Below are positions 14,485 to 30,175 of a DNA stretch of 64,000 nucleotides, piece by piece; the first letter of the stretch is position 1; every line of letters begins with the position of its first letter. The notes under the pieces are model-generated. The model was not told where the DNA came from. It made no database searches and saw only the letters and a list, made by a program, of their open reading frames with translations. Source of the DNA: Eledone cirrhosa (Eukaryota). The stretch lies in NCBI GenBank assembly GCA_964016885.1, contig OZ024741.1, positions 82,274,001 to 82,338,000 of the forward strand, given 5' to 3'. Position numbers and translations under genes: made by a program.

Positions 14485-15388
14485 GTGAGAGAGGGGGTGA
14501 GAGAGAGGTGAGTTGATAGCGTTGAAGAGTTGATCGATGTTTAGGAGCTGGCTGGTTGTCGTGGTGGAAACGTTATATAATAATGTATAAATGCAAATAA
14601 AATGTGATGTCTGAACTGAGATAAGCTGGAGCCCAGTGTGCTAGCTCTTGAATCTTGTAACATTGTAGCAATAAATTATTTAGAGTATGTGACGCAAAGA
14701 CTTAGGAAATGAAACTGACCGAGGGAGGAAAGGAAAAAGAAAAACGATTTATGTGATGTGAACGCTTGATAATCATTTCGTATTTGTACTAACAATAAAT
14801 AAATGAAGAAAATATAAAATGAGATCTTAGAAGAGAAGAATATTTTATTTCTTCCTTTCTCTTCTCCTTTTCCTTTCTCCTCCTTTTCTTTGGCTTACTC
14901 CTATTCGGATTCATTCTTCTTTTTCCTTTATTATTCTACACACCTTCCCCTCCGTCTTCTTCTATTTTCTTACCCTCTATCTTCTTCTTCTTCTTCTTCT
15001 TCTTCTTCTTCTTCTTCTTCTTCTTCTTCTTCTTCTTCTTCTTCTTCTTCTTCTTCTTCTCCTCCTCCTCCTCCTTTTCCTCCCTTCCGCATATATATAT
15101 GTGTGTGTGTGTAGAGAGAGAGAGGGAGAGAGAGAGAGAGAGAGAGAGATAGTGCAGAGAGGGGGGAGAGGAAGAGATAGAGATAGAGATATGGATAGAT
15201 CGGTTTATGTGTGTGTTTGTGTGTTGATCACATATGGGTATGTACTCGTATGGATGTATATATGGTATTGATTTTGGTTCCACACGCATTGAGTTTGAAT
15301 TCCGCTGCGCTCAAATTTCAAATTTTCAGTTCATCCTTTCCACATTGATAACTAAAGTACCAGTTCAATAATGGGGTAGAAAAGTCAC

Positions 15389-15456
<68 letters not shown>

Positions 15457-15554
15457 CATCCCCTTCTATATATTTATATATACATACATATATATATATA
15501 TAAATATATATATATGAGAGTATTGATTTTTCTTGATGCATTGTGGAATAATAA

Positions 15555-17598
15555 GGTATATTTCTTTAAGTCGTTTGGAAGCCTCGACAATGTAGATGGG
15601 TAAATCTCCGGGTAACAACATCCGGTGGTGGAGAGAGAGATGAAAGTGGGTGTACGTTGAGATGCGTGGTGTGTATAAGACTGTAACGTGTAGAGGAATA
15701 AAGGAAAGAGCGTAAAGGATAAAAATAAAAATAACAACACGAGAAAGAGTTACCTTGGGAGAGATTTAATTGTCCCTATATTTTTCGGATTCACATCCAT
15801 TAACTGGGTTTTTTTCGGGGGAGGGGGGTGGGGTTGTCTGTCTGAAATGTGCGAAACGTGTCCTCCGCTGTTCGTTGTTTTGAATATCTGAGGTATTCAG
15901 CAGAGCGCGCGTGCGCGAAAAATGGGGTCGGTCAGGCAGAGGTCAGCGGCCGACGTAGTTCTTTCAATTGTGGGAGTGGGGTGGCGCTAGCTGTCAGTCC
16001 ATTCTCTGCCTGGTTGGTGAATGTTACTGTGTGTGTGTGTGTGCGTGTGTTGTCTCGCTTGAGTGTGTGTGTATGTGTGTTGTTGCCTTGTTCCCAAGAC
16101 ATGGCGAACAGAATCTATGAGACGTTCAACAACACGGACGAGAACATTGACTTCAGTGTTGAACACCCCAACGACGACGGGTCACTTGCCCTCCTCGACT
16201 TCCGAATCAACATCACGGAACAGGGAGGGATCCACTGCAACTTCTACCGAAAGGCAGCCTGCAGGGACCTGTTCGTCCACTACATCACGAACGAGATCGC
16301 GCGAATCAAAAACAGATGCAGCGATCCCGCAAGTGGTGTCACTCATACCAAGCGATTCCTTCAGGTGCTGGAGACGAACGGGTACCCTACCTCAATCACA
16401 GACAGAGTAGGAGACACCAGACACAATAGACAGAGAGGCACCCAAGGCAAGTGCTTCCTTAAAATGCCACACCTGGGCGAGAAAACCACCAACGCTATCC
16501 GCAAGGCTATAAGGAGGGAGGGCCTCGACATTCACCTGGCCAACTTGGGCCCCTCCCTGCGAAGATGCCTCTCCAGGAAACCCGGGAAATCAACTGACGC
16601 GTGCTACCCCAGAGACTGCCGAATGCGCCATGCGAACTGTTGCCTACGCGCATACGTCGTGTATAAGATAGAATGTAACAAGTGCAACCAATACTCTATA
16701 GGTAGCACAATCCGGCGGTTGCACATCCGGATCAAGGAACACCCTAAAACAAGGGCCTCGTCTTTCCGGAAACACATAGCCAAATACGGAAACAAAGACG
16801 GAAGGCCCATTGTCACAATTCTAGCTAAAGAAAGAAACGTCGGCACGTTACGTATCAAGGAAGCACTTTGGATCAAACGCCTAGAGCCACAACAAAACAA
16901 CCGATCCGAGAGAAGCGAAATAAGGTGGTTGGTTTAAGTTAACAAACGATGCAGCAACACACGCACACACACACACAAGCGAGACAGCAACACACGCACA
17001 CACACACACACACACACATAGTAGCATTCCACCATACGAACATACTACACTGCCAATACAGAGGAACAAGCCAACAACACATGCAAACACACACTCAAGC
17101 GAGACAACAACACACGCACACACACACACACACAGTAACATTCCCCAAACAGGCAGAGAATGGACAGACAGCTAGCACCACCCCACTCCTACAATTGAAA
17201 GAACTACTTCGGCCGCTGACCTCTGCCTGACCGGCCCCATTTCACGCGCACGCGCGCTCTGCTGCATACCTCAGATATTCAAAACAACGAACAGCGGAGG
17301 ACACGTTTCGCACCTTTCCGACAGACAACCCCCCCCCCGAAAAATAAAACAGTTGATGGATGTGAATCCGAAATATATAGGGACAATTAAATCTCTCCCA
17401 AGGTAACTCTTTCTCGTGTTGTTATTTTTATTTTTATCTTTTACGCTCTTTCCTTCATTCCTCTACACGTTACAGTCTGATACACGCCACGCATCTCAAC
17501 GTACACCCACTTACATGTCTCTCTCCACCAGCGATCTTGTTACCCGGAGATTTACTCATCTGCATTGTCGAGGCTTCCAAACGACTTAAAGAAATTTA

Positions 17599-17602
<4 letters not shown>
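15555..17602 (+). mobile_element. 5'-truncated Penelope-like element with inverted copy of its 3' end (arms ~15555-16094 and ~17063-17602)
   Basis: The arms are reverse complements; the internal ORF has RT-thumb and GIY-YIG motifs. Confidence 0.88.
16101..16937 (+). pseudogene. PLE RT C-terminus + GIY-YIG endonuclease (Poseidon/Naiad-like), truncated
   Basis: IDFSVEH..LALLDFRI..FYRK (RT end); NGYP; VVYKIECNKCNQYSIGST.R.LH.RIKEH; LRIKEALWIKRLEP..N (GIY-YIG). Confidence 0.88.
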
Positions 17603-17654
<52 letters not shown>

Positions 17655-17659
17655 TATCT

Positions 17660-17830
17660 GGGAAAATGTTTAGCCCCGACGGCAGAGCTGTTTGGAAATA
17701 GCTGTCGAAACGGCTTCAGCTCTGCCGTCGGCGTTAAACATTTTCCTATTATCCACTCTACTACACTAAGTACTGAGTATTCTGGTGCGTTATGGTCCAT
17801 CTGTTTCCTTACCACACTTCCCTCATTATA
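17660..17830 (+). mobile_element. pLTR fragment with HHR 3' half and fold-back, homolog of 14180-14383
   Basis: gtcGAAACGGC..GCCGTC; downstream tail is the reverse complement of 14180-14260. Confidence 0.7.
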
Positions 17831-18108
17831 TATATATATGTCTGTGTGTGTGTGACTGTGTGTGTGTGTACATATATATATGTATGTGTACGCTCATACA
17901 GGCACATAGTAAGATGCATTTTTATATTTAGACACATTGATATTCTTAAAATTGTATTGCACTTTCGATCAGTCTGTCACACAAGGATTTTCAACTCTGA
18001 CATTATCGTTCTAACTGTGGTGTGGCGTTCAGGGATTCTAAAATATTTAAAATCATTTCAGACGCTTGACTTCTCTCTCTTTCTCACTCTCTCTCTCTCA
18101 CTCCCCCC

Positions 18109-18144
<36 letters not shown>

Positions 18145-18374
18145 GTATATATATATATATATATGTATATATAGTAGACTTAAAGAGACAAGAGTACTCA
18201 TTGGTATGGTCACAGGATGAGTGACGAAAGATATTTAACAATTGAATATATTGATTGACAATTAAACAACCATTAATTTACTACACTCACTAGGGAGTGA
18301 ATTAGTAAGCTAACTAGTAATGAAAAAGAAAGTAAAAACCAACGTACACTCCCTAACAAATACAAATACGAAGT

Positions 18375-18448
<74 letters not shown>

Positions 18449-19943
18449 GTGCGTGTGCGTGTGTGTGTGTGTATGCGTCTGTTTATATGCGTATGTATGT
18501 ATACATAATCAACAAGTATAGCTTTGATAAACTTTGGAGAAGAAATAAACGATTAGATATTCCTTTTTTCCGACTGTAAAACTATAAATAACGTACTAGA
18601 GTTACAATGATCTAATACATTAGAAAGAAGGTAACCTCTTGTAGCGTAATTTTAACATTCTTGTTCATTCAAAATATGTTGTTAGAGTTGTGCTATCTCT
18701 TTACGAAAATAGACAATCATATTTATTGTTTATTTAAAAGATCAAGTGAAATGCCAAATTGAAAATGCTCCAGCCTTGAGAGAGTTTGACAACCAATTGA
18801 ACAAAGATGTAGACTCTACATGTTATCACAACCAGTTAGTGATGAATACCTATTTTCTGCTCAATACACGCCTGCTGTTTTAAATATAGTACGACAAAAT
18901 GCAATTATACAGCAAAAGACTAGCACGATATCTTTTAACTAGCAGCAAATATTTTTGTCTCTTATAGAACTACATCTTAACTATGATATCAGTTTTGACT
19001 CATTTACATTTATAAGGGCTATAATGATATACCTCCTCTGTGAATATGGTATGTACCTTCATAAAATATATGTCATATGCAGATTGAGATTTAAAATAAA
19101 CAAATTAAAGAAATCGATCGCGAGATCGAACCGAGGAAATTATATTTCCATTGGAATTCCCATTCTTGGCAGAATGCACAGTAGTAGATCAGATCCCTCA
19201 AAATACGCAGTCTGATTGATTAACCATTGCTAACATCTATGGACACTTGAAGTAGTAATTTATTTATCGTCCCCAAAAGGTGAAAGACGAATTTGAACTT
19301 AGAGTGAATAGCGAGGCATTTTATCTGACATTAACGACAAAATAATTTGATGTTATATTTAAATACTTTTTTCATTCTCTGTCCCACAATGTAATCCATG
19401 GAACCCCACCTCATGGTGGAATGGTAGGTGCGCAGACGTTTAAACCATCACTCTCAACGACGGAACAGAGTTGATTTCCTCCATAGAACGTGAAAGAGAT
19501 GGGGAACGAGAAAGGGTTATAGAAGAAAAAATAGAGTTTAATATTTGATTAGTGCTTTATTAAAGGATGGGGAAAGGTAATGTTGCTTAACATTTAATAC
19601 ATATTCGAATTTCTGATGTTTTATATGCCTATATTTGGTCGTGGAAATGTCGAATATTACTGATACTGTAAACATATAGTAATAAGCCAAATTAATCTTT
19701 TTTACAATATTTAGAAGGAGCAGGTCATTTAATCTATTTGATGATTTATGATTTTATACATATACTGCAACTACAAATTGTCACTCAATATTTATATATT
19801 CTCATTGCATTGAGTGGTCCAGGAATGGAACTCGCAACCTCACGTTGATGAACTCGACACTATATCCACTAAGCAATGCTTATTCACTCTATTTCTCTAT
19901 ATATATAGTATACACACCTCCACTCACTCATATATACACACAC

Positions 19944-20021
<78 letters not shown>

Positions 20022-20056
20022 CATTCTTGTTTTCCTCCTTGAAGATGTACATGTAT

Positions 20057-20094
<38 letters not shown>

Positions 20095-22497
20095 GTGTGT
20101 GTGGGTGTGTGTGCGTGTGTGTGTGTGTGTATACATGTACATCTTCAAGGAGGAAAACAAGAATAAATCTACACACAAATATGAAAAACAAAGCGTATCT
20201 TCCAGATCTTTCTCCCTCACAGCCTTTCTCTTTGTTTGGGTCTCTATTTTTCACTTCCTACCTCGGTATCTTCTTGCTATCTTTCTTCATAAATTGAATC
20301 ATCAAAGAAATTGCGGTATCCGGAAATATTAGTTATTTGATACACTTGAACGTAAGTGAACTTATTCAATTTAAACACTGATGTGAACTTCAAAAACCGT
20401 ACTCACTAATGTACAAAAAGAAAAAAGAAAGTAAAAGTAAAATTATGTAGTTAATTCTTCTCCTAAATCTTCTTCTCAGTCACTTGATCGTTAATTTCAC
20501 GAACAGGTTCTTCCGTTGATTAAATCAAGCGTGGGGCTCAATATGATTTGTACATGTTATTGAAAAGGCCCGTCTTGTCACATTATGTTACGTCAAATCA
20601 CACTGAGGTAAACACCGTTAAGAGTGCACGTTACTGTGGAGTGGTCAGCCTTTTGCACTTGGAATTCAGGGCTGGCTGTTCCGTTCATCAAATTAACTGA
20701 ATCAATCTTTATCAAAACGGGTGGAGATCAAAAACCGTAATAATGTGATATGTTCGCAGCCATTTCTTATGAGAAAAAATATATTAGTGGTGTCAATTCT
20801 ACCTAGAGTTTGATTCTAAAAAAAAAAATGATGCTATTTCTAGCGGCTACAATGGTTTACGGTTAAGTCATATATAATATATTTGAAAGAATGGGGAACA
20901 TACATATAGTGCACTATAGAAACAAACGGATATATTTCCAACAGTTTCTTCCAGCCAAGTTAACTTTATTGTTATCACTACTACGTTTATACAATTTGCT
21001 CTAATGTACTTGTATAGCTGCTATCTTCAGTGTTCAAAGCTAATATATGAAATTACAGAGAAGCCTTTTTACAAACTACTGACCAATATTGACATTTTAT
21101 GACGTTCACAAGTATTGCCATGATTTTTATCCCCAACATAGATTTATTTTATTCGTTTTTAGCCAAACATCTAACAGTTATCTATGTCAAAGTGTGAATT
21201 TGCAGTATCATTTACATCTACTCGCTTGCGGAATTAAATAAACACACAACCACTCCTGCTTATTTATTTATTTATGTATTCATTTATTTATTATTTTATT
21301 TATCTATTTTCGATGGTCAATGTTGATTAAGCAAACACACGATCAAAGGCAAGCAGGCCATCTATATACCCGTGTTGTGTTATGTTTTCCCCCGTTATGC
21401 AACAAGAGGTATATTATACAATGCGTCCTTTTCCATTTTCAAAGACGGTTTGGTATGGTGTAGTTTAATAGTGATTTGACACAGGCACAAACACAGACAC
21501 GCACACGCACAGACACACACAAAAGGACTCATACCAGCACACACATATACTTATATTTATTCTTCAAACTACACTATGAAATGTTTTCCAATCTGAAAGT
21601 AAGTCGCAAAACAAAATTTAGAGCTTTATATATTGTTGATAATGTGAATTAAAAGAAAAGAGTTTAATAAAATAATATATATCAAACATAACACACGGAA
21701 GCACGGTATTTCTGCAAAACACTACACTTTTTGTGAAAGTACCTAACGCGCTGCATCCGGTAAAATTAAGTATATATCGGTCTAATATTCAGTCGTTGTT
21801 AATAAAATGTGCTGATAATTTCCTTCATAATGTTTGCGTATTCCTCTGATTGATTACGGCTGAGCTGTGAAAATACATTGGAAATGTATTTTCTAACACG
21901 TTTTTTGGTGAATGGAAATGAAACGAATAATCATATCAAAGGAAAACACCAATGGTAAATCATATCTTAAATCCATGGTGTGCTACGCTGTTAGGTTTTG
22001 CACGGTAAAAATTCCATGAAAACTAAAGCCACATCGAAATATATAAATAGTTGATTGAATATTTTTAATAGATGCTTCTATTTTCATAAATACCTTCAAA
22101 AGTCGCGGCCTCTTCCAATAGCAAAAGGTTAGTTATATATAGGCGAGGTTGAATAAAAAGTTTCCGAATTTAGATAATTAAACATTGCAAACATATTTCC
22201 ATTCTCACGGATGTTATTTAGATGTGTGTATGAACTGTAAAACATTCAAAGTTTCATCACGTACAAACACAATGGAATTATAATGCATCATAATGATCAA
22301 TGCACATTACAGAATCTAACCGCGTTTCGAAATGGCAATTCCATGGAATTTTTAAAATATTATTTACGGCTGAATTATCATTTTACTTCATTAACATTCT
22401 TGGTGTTTCTGTGTCATTCATACGGTGAATGTTCAGGTAATTCATTAATTACGTCGTATCAACCTAATATATTATTATATATACAAACATACATACA

Positions 22498-22636
<139 letters not shown>

Positions 22637-23409
22637 TCATGGAGTGAAGCCTATCGAATAGAATGACCACAGTTTCACTTCTTTCCTTCCTCACTCAATA
22701 ATTTAATGAAGTCAGTATCATTAATATTCGAACCTATAGGTTAATCAGTGAGGAAGACCATGCTGGGTGGTTAGGAAATTTGAGTTACGCGGACCGATGC
22801 GCTAGTTTCTAAATTTTCTATTTGCCGGTACTGGTCTAAATGAAACCATTATGTACAGAAGTATTGCACGGTGATGGATACAAATGAGTCTAATAGTGGT
22901 CCTCAACTTTCAGTGACGCGTGACATCACACCAAAAAATGTGTACACCAGGCCTGACCAATTACAGGGAACACACGCTAGCGTTGATTCAAATTGAAAAC
23001 AATTATCTTGCCAGAGTCACACTACTAAGCTGCTTTCATAGAAAAAACAAAGACAGGGTGACAAACAATAAATAAATCGAAATAGAATAAACAAACAATT
23101 TTAAAATTAAATGTGGGTTAGACCACTTGCAGTTAAAAATAATCATGGAAAGAAGCTTATCGAATAGAATGGATACAGATTCAATCGTTTCTCACACAGT
23201 TAATAATTTAATGAAATCCATATTGAAACAAATCGAACCTAATCGAGTAGAGTTAAATGTAAATCAGTGAGGAAGACGACTTCATGTGGGTAGGAAATTT
23301 GAGTTATGCGGACCGATAACCAGTTTCTACGAATCTGATCTGCAGGCGTTTGTCCGAATCGAACCGCCATGTGCAGAAATTAAGTAATGTTAGTATACAT
23401 TATGTTTGT

Positions 23410-24179
<770 letters not shown>

Positions 24180-24564
24180 CATACATACTTACATACATAC
24201 ATGAACATGGGTATCGCAGAGGTATATTCCAAGCCAGCCTCTCTGTGTTACTAATTATTCTTTCCTTAATGTCCTTGTTCTTTCTGCCCAGGAAATGTGA
24301 AGGATGCATTATTGACTCTCGGGAGGATAGGAATACAAACCTAACCTATAACTTATATGTGTTTGACCTGAAACTCTATGTCAAAAACATAAATAGGAGG
24401 GAAAAAAACCTTGATTTCGTTATCACGTTCCTGAAAGATGTCGGAAGAGAGATTGGCAAGGATAAATGTTCATATATGATTGTAAAACAATGAAAACCTA
24501 CAAGCCAGTCGAGCAACAATTTTATCAATGGTCAAACTGTTTCATCGATATCCGACGAGGACTG

Positions 24565-25700
24565 CTGCATACAACTAGAGATAGATGAGAAGATGTTATT
24601 TATAGCAAGTAATGCGTAATCAAGGAATATTAGACTCTTCTTCTACGCCCATTTATTCCTGAGAGGGTCTTGGGGGCAGAGTTTTCAAACACTTCTTCAA
24701 GCTGGTCCAGTCATAAGCAACCAACTCCCACTGATTCGGCTGGATTTCCAAGCGTTGCCAGCCAAGCTCATTGATGTTATCCAACCATCTTACTACCCAG
24801 CATTTGGTTATCAGAAGAAGGGTTGTAGGCGCAAAATTATTACACCCGATTAAGAAAACTATGGTCATCTGAAACGTGACAGATAAGATCATGAGAGTTG
24901 GGTCGGAGCTTCTTGAGGAAACTCCCTGCATGATAATCAAAAACTCACACATAGGGAAATTGCCCAGCAATACCGTAGTAAATTCATTGATGACAAGCTA
25001 CATGCTTATCAGCAAAAAATCATACATGGTTATGCATGGTTATGTTGCCAGTCGACTCCAAAGTGATAGATAAGTAATGTAGTCTATCTTGGACCAACAG
25101 CCACCATATTGGCTCACGATTTGAAGGATATGCTTTTGCAATCCCAGAACAGGAAAACAATACAAAATACCTGATTCAAAAAAGAGATAGGGATGCAGGC
25201 AAAACACCTAGATGTGACAACACATGTAGACTCTGCAGACTTTACAACGAATATATCATCCATGTCGTAAGTAGCTGTCCAATGATGTCATCACGGTACT
25301 ATCTATCTATTAGGCATGATGTAGAGGCAAAACCCATATACAATGCAATCTATGGAAGATATATACATACATAATATGAAAACATAACAGAGGATATAGT
25401 GACAGGGAAAAGAAAGCATGCTCGGTAGTGGAAGTCAGCTGCCCAGCAGATGCCAGTATAATATTAAGTTTTACCAAAATGAGAACATCTAGCGCTAACT
25501 AATGTGCAATCTGCAGATACTCAACGCTGACTATGCCTTCAGATCATTGGGGCTCTGGGATATGTTTCTAAATTCTTTAGTACAAATCTTGAGAAGCTGG
25601 GTTTCACATAACAAGTAAAACACGACTAATTATAAGGTTACAAGTACAATCCATCAAAGGAAGTGTAAAATTATGTAAAACATTCCAAACGTTCTACATG
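24565..25700 (+). mobile_element. Old R4/Dong-like (RLE) LINE 3' remnant
   Basis: Broken frame FEGYAFAIPEQE...CRLC..IIHVVSSCP...RHD parallels [23 protein letters not shown] of the 46200 element. Confidence 0.7.
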
Positions 25701-26040
25701 TTATAACGGTATATGCACATGTATAGATACACAAAATTATAATGAAACCAGAACATAAATACATGCGTGCGGAGGTGCATGCATGCATACATACATACTT
25801 ACATACATGCATATAGCTGTATATATATATGAATGCATATATACATTCAAATATATACATACGAAAGCAGTTTCGGTCTACAAAATTTCATTCACAACTC
25901 ATTGGAAATCCTGAACATATGACAAACGGCACTTGCCTAAGGAGCCGTGTCGTGGGATTGAATACAGAATCATGATACTTCAAAATAAACTCTTTAACCA
26001 CAAACTTTATATCTGGGTTTTAATTCCTGATTATATTATT

Positions 26041-26212
26041 TGGTGAATTGGCAGTATCGGTAGAGGGTTGGACGTCATGCTTTCTAGCATAGTTACGTCT
26101 CTTTACAATCTGAGTTCAAATCCTGCCTTTCATCCTTACGGGGTCGATAAAATAAAGTACCAGTAATGTACTGGGTAATTGCTGGCCTTGTGCCTAAATT
26201 AGAAACAATTAT
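26041..26212 (+). mobile_element. tRNA-derived SINE (short internal deletion)
   Basis: Same family motifs as 8678. Confidence 0.82.
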
Positions 26213-26448
26213 TTATTCCTTTATTCCCATTTCTTGTACATGTAAGCATTAGCTGACATTGAAATACTATATATGGACTATTTCCAACAAACCTTTCAAA
26301 CCCAAACGCTCATTTCCAATATATTACATATATTTTACGGTAAAATTATTTACTTTGCTGGTCCATTTCCTCTTGCGACTTGACTATTTCACAAAGAAAT
26401 CAAATCAATTTTTCAAAGAATTTTAAACTTCGTTAAAACTAGCTAACT

Positions 26449-26667
26449 CATCATCATCATCAGGTCGAGCTTGCTCGACTTTCTACGACACGTTTCCTCC
26501 ATCCATCTCTGTCTCTCATAGCGTTTGCCAATTCTTCCGCGGTGCATCCAGTATCTTCCTCAAGTTGCTAGACGTATGTCTTCTTGGGACGACCTGCGTT
26601 TCTTGCTCCATGAGATGGACTCCATAACAACACATCACCTGCTATTTCTTCCTTGCTGCGCCAACAA
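26449..26667 (-). mobile_element. RTE/RTEX-type LINE 3' fragment with (TGA)n tail
   Basis: Minus strand reads CWRSKEEIAGDVLLWSPSHGARNAGRPKKTYV..LEEDTG...AMRDRDGWRKRV, a typical RTE C-terminus. Confidence 0.8.
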
Positions 26668-27642
26668 ATAACTAACTAACTATATATATATATAAGTGCT
26701 TTTAACAAGCTGATATATATAGATATATATATATTTATTTATCTATATACATACATCTAGATGCATATTTACTTCTATATATACATAATCGTTTTACATT
26801 TGACACATTTGATGACATATTTTGAGACCAATTTATGTCAATTAATATTTCATGTAATATTGCAATGGAATATTCAAATTTAGATGAATATGAGTTTTTT
26901 TCCTATTTCTAACTCGAAAAATTTAAACATAAACTTAGACACATACACGCACAAATATCGATGCGAGAAAAACCACAAACCCTTCATTTCAATTCTACTT
27001 TTGAAAAGCATCAAAACTGCGAAACCGGTAAAGGAACCTAATAAATATTCTTTAAAAGACCCCCGTTATAAGACTCCAGTTATACTTTCACTCGTGTAGG
27101 ACATCCGTTTTTTTTTATTATGAAAAGAAACCTCATTTTCGAATATATGTATATGTTCATATGTATATGTTCATATATTCATATGTTTTTCTGATCAGAT
27201 TCTTGAGGATTTTGCACGTCACCCTCTTATATTGTTTACTACTTCACAGACCTAACGTGCATCTAAGATAACGTTTCAGTCCTCCGCTAACAGGAAACGT
27301 TCCTCGGTAGTCTTTCAGACACCTGAAGAGATCTGGCCGTCCTGTCCCAGTCGGGGCGTTGACAGGTACCTGTCTAAAATCATCACCCAGTTATGGCCCA
27401 CATCTAGGCCCAGGAGGGTGAACAGTACACTGAGATCCAGCGGTTTTCTAAAAGGTGCTGCCACTCCGCCTTCTATTCCTAGCCTAAGAGATCTATAGAT
27501 CTGAAATTCATCAAAAATGGACGTTAGTTTCGCTGAAGGTTGTTCCATTTATAGTATATTCACTTTAAAATGAGGAGGTTACGGTGTCTGCGCAAACTTA
27601 CTCGGATATTCATGGAAGTGTGTTGGTGTTTGCGTGAGTCTC

Positions 27643-27970
27643 GATGGTAGTATCGGTAGAGCGCGTCGGATACCATGCTGCGAAACATTAGAGTTACTGA
27701 ATTGCTGGCCTTGTCCCTAAAGTAGAAACACATATTATTATTATCATTATGAATGAAATGCTGGCATTGTGCCAAAAGTAGAAACAATTATTATCATTAT
27801 TAATATTTCATGCTTTGAGTTCAAATCCCACCGACGTTCACTTTCCCTTTCATCCTTACGGGGTCAATAAAATAAAGTACTAGTAATGGAGCGGGGTCGA
27901 TTTAATGGAATTTTCCTCCCCGCAAAAATTGCTGTCCTTGTGCCTATAGTAGAAATCATTATTGTTATTA
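27643..27970 (+). mobile_element. Cluster of SINE pieces (internally deleted copy, isolated tail, 5'-truncated copy)
   Basis: Three gtagaaa(c/t)a tails, one A-box head and one B-box/central domain. Confidence 0.7.
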
Positions 27971-27979
27971 TTATAATTT

Positions 27980-29905
27980 CGATATCTCAGTTATTGATGT
28001 TATTTAACAGAAACATTTGCCCTTGTTGGCATCAATCTACTACCTGAAGACTCAGATATTCAGGACGTATCGGAGAGTCCTTGCTGCTCCCAGTAGACAT
28101 GCCTTTTGCTCATACTACTTCATACACTGGGGAATATTATTGATTTTGCATATATGCCTGTGGCTCATTTTTCCTATGATATGGCTCCATCCTTTATAAT
28201 GAGTCTGGGCTATGTTTTTACACTGGGATACGATATGAGCCACAATTTCCTGTCCCGCATACAGAGCGGACTAACCAACTCCTTGTAAATATGATGTCTC
28301 ATCCACTTTGTTCTAATGGCTTTCTTAAGGTTATTCTCAGACACAGGATTTGTGTACACAACCCTTTTTCTTCTGAACACATTCCTCCACACTGATAAGA
28401 ATTCTTCCATTCTATTTAGGTATTGTCTATCGACACCGCACTTATCATAAAACATACTGTACTTATTCATTAATTTCCTTGTCATTTTATCCAGCTCTCT
28501 TTGCTCATTTGTACTCCATTTATTGCACTAATGGCATTCATACTATCTTTACTTGATTTTAGTATTTTCCTCAATCTCTTTCTGTACTTAGATCTTATCA
28601 TCGCCTTCATTTTATTGATGTTATCTGCCACCAAATCACACAAATAATTATATCAATCTTCGATGTCAATCTCCTTTATCACATCACCCGTTTGTATCTC
28701 TAATCTTTTGCTTCTGTTCGACTACTTTGATCCTCTTCAATTTACGTCTTCTCATCACCAGGACTTCACACTTATTAACACAAAATTCCATACATACATC
28801 ATTGCTGAAACTACGAACAGGTTTAACAAGTACATCCGAGTCCTCGCTCATCCCGAAGATGTTTAGGTCATTCATGACGAGGAGGTGGTTGTTAGTAAGC
28901 TATCCTCTTCCCAGTTCGTATCCTATTTGCACTCTTTGCAATACGAGGAACAAGTTTATGAGAGTAAAGGCAAATCATAAAAGAGACAACAATAAAGGAC
29001 AGTTTATCTCATTTGAAGTTACCTCTCTATTTTCCCTCCTCCCATGGATTCTCCCCGTTCTTACTACTGTTATTTAATAGTGGTCTGATGTTGTCCACCA
29101 CCTTGAAGATTTCTAGGCAGTTGGTTATCTAAGAATGCGGTACCGTGTCGAATGACTTCTTGTAATCAATCCAACCTAGGGCAAGACCGGTGTACCTTCT
29201 CTTGCAGTTCCTTATTATCAGCTTGTCAGTAAGTAACTGGTTTTTTTTTGCACCACGGAGCGTTTTCCGGCATCCTTTCTGTTCGTGCGGCAAAAAGTTG
29301 TTTATAACAAGGCGGTAGATGTCCACAGACATAATGCTTGTTAGCAATTACCACATGTGATAGGCCTTTAGTTAGCAACGTCATTTCCCTTGGCTTGGTC
29401 ATTCATTATGAGAACTGTGGAACATTTTCTCAACCACTACGGTACTCACCCGGCATCATGCAATCATTGAACATGGCTGCGTCTATTTGTTGGAGAGACG
29501 TTATACTCTTCGTCCAACATCCTTTCACACCATTTGGGGTTGGTGATTTCCAATTGGTTATTTTATTTGCCCGCTTTTTAAGGGTTTCAAATAAGGTTGT
29601 TGGTATTTTGTTCTTTAACCTCCCTTTTAACAGCCTCAATCCTCTCTGTCCGACTATCATGCCCAACAGCTTGCTCCTACATCCCTCTCCAAAATACATT
29701 GGTCTGCCTCAGGGACAACATCGTTGCCTCATTTTTTTACCTTTCTTTCATTTCTAGCTGTTCAAATAACATCTTCTGGTTGTTGTCGAACAATCGTTTT
29801 TGTCTATACTAGTTAACTCTGCTCTCAGATCCTTTGCTTTTTGCACATTTAGTTATGACACGTTATTTCAGTTCTTCTATTGGGAAATTTAGCCCGTTTC
29901 CTTTG
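27980..29905 (-). mobile_element. Degenerate R4/Dong-like LINE
   Basis: EQKGCRKTLRGAKKNQLLTDK..LALGWIDYKKSFDTVPHS and KSPTPNGV are homologous to the 46200 ORF; the 3' end ctcagatattcaggacgtatcggag is shared; many stops. Confidence 0.88.
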
Positions 29906-29906
29906 A

Positions 29907-30100
29907 GGCTGGATTGGCAGTATCGGTAGAGGATCGGTCGCCATGCTCTGCAGTATAGAGTTACGGCTCTTTACAGTCTGAGCTCAAATCCCACCGAGGT
30001 TAACTTTGCCTTTAATTCTTACGGGGCCGATAAAATAAAGTACCAGTAATGTACTGTTGATTGGTGGCCTTGTGCCATAAGTAGAAACAATTATTATTAT
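29907..30100 (+). mobile_element. tRNA-derived SINE
   Basis: Same family motifs as 8678. Confidence 0.82.
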
Positions 30101-30117
30101 GAGGATTACTTTTACTA

Positions 30118-30175
<58 letters not shown>

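Noticed and set aside
15850-15895. GAAACGTGTC ... CTGAGGT as a permuted hammerhead
   Set aside because: Incomplete core, and antisense to the element.
23145-23388. ORF with an in-frame TGA read-through
   Set aside because: This frame is not kept in the duplicate copy; no SECIS or homology recognised.
27315-27500. GC-richer segment beginning with CTGAAGA
   Set aside because: No matching GAAA-stem III-NUH half was found; unassigned.
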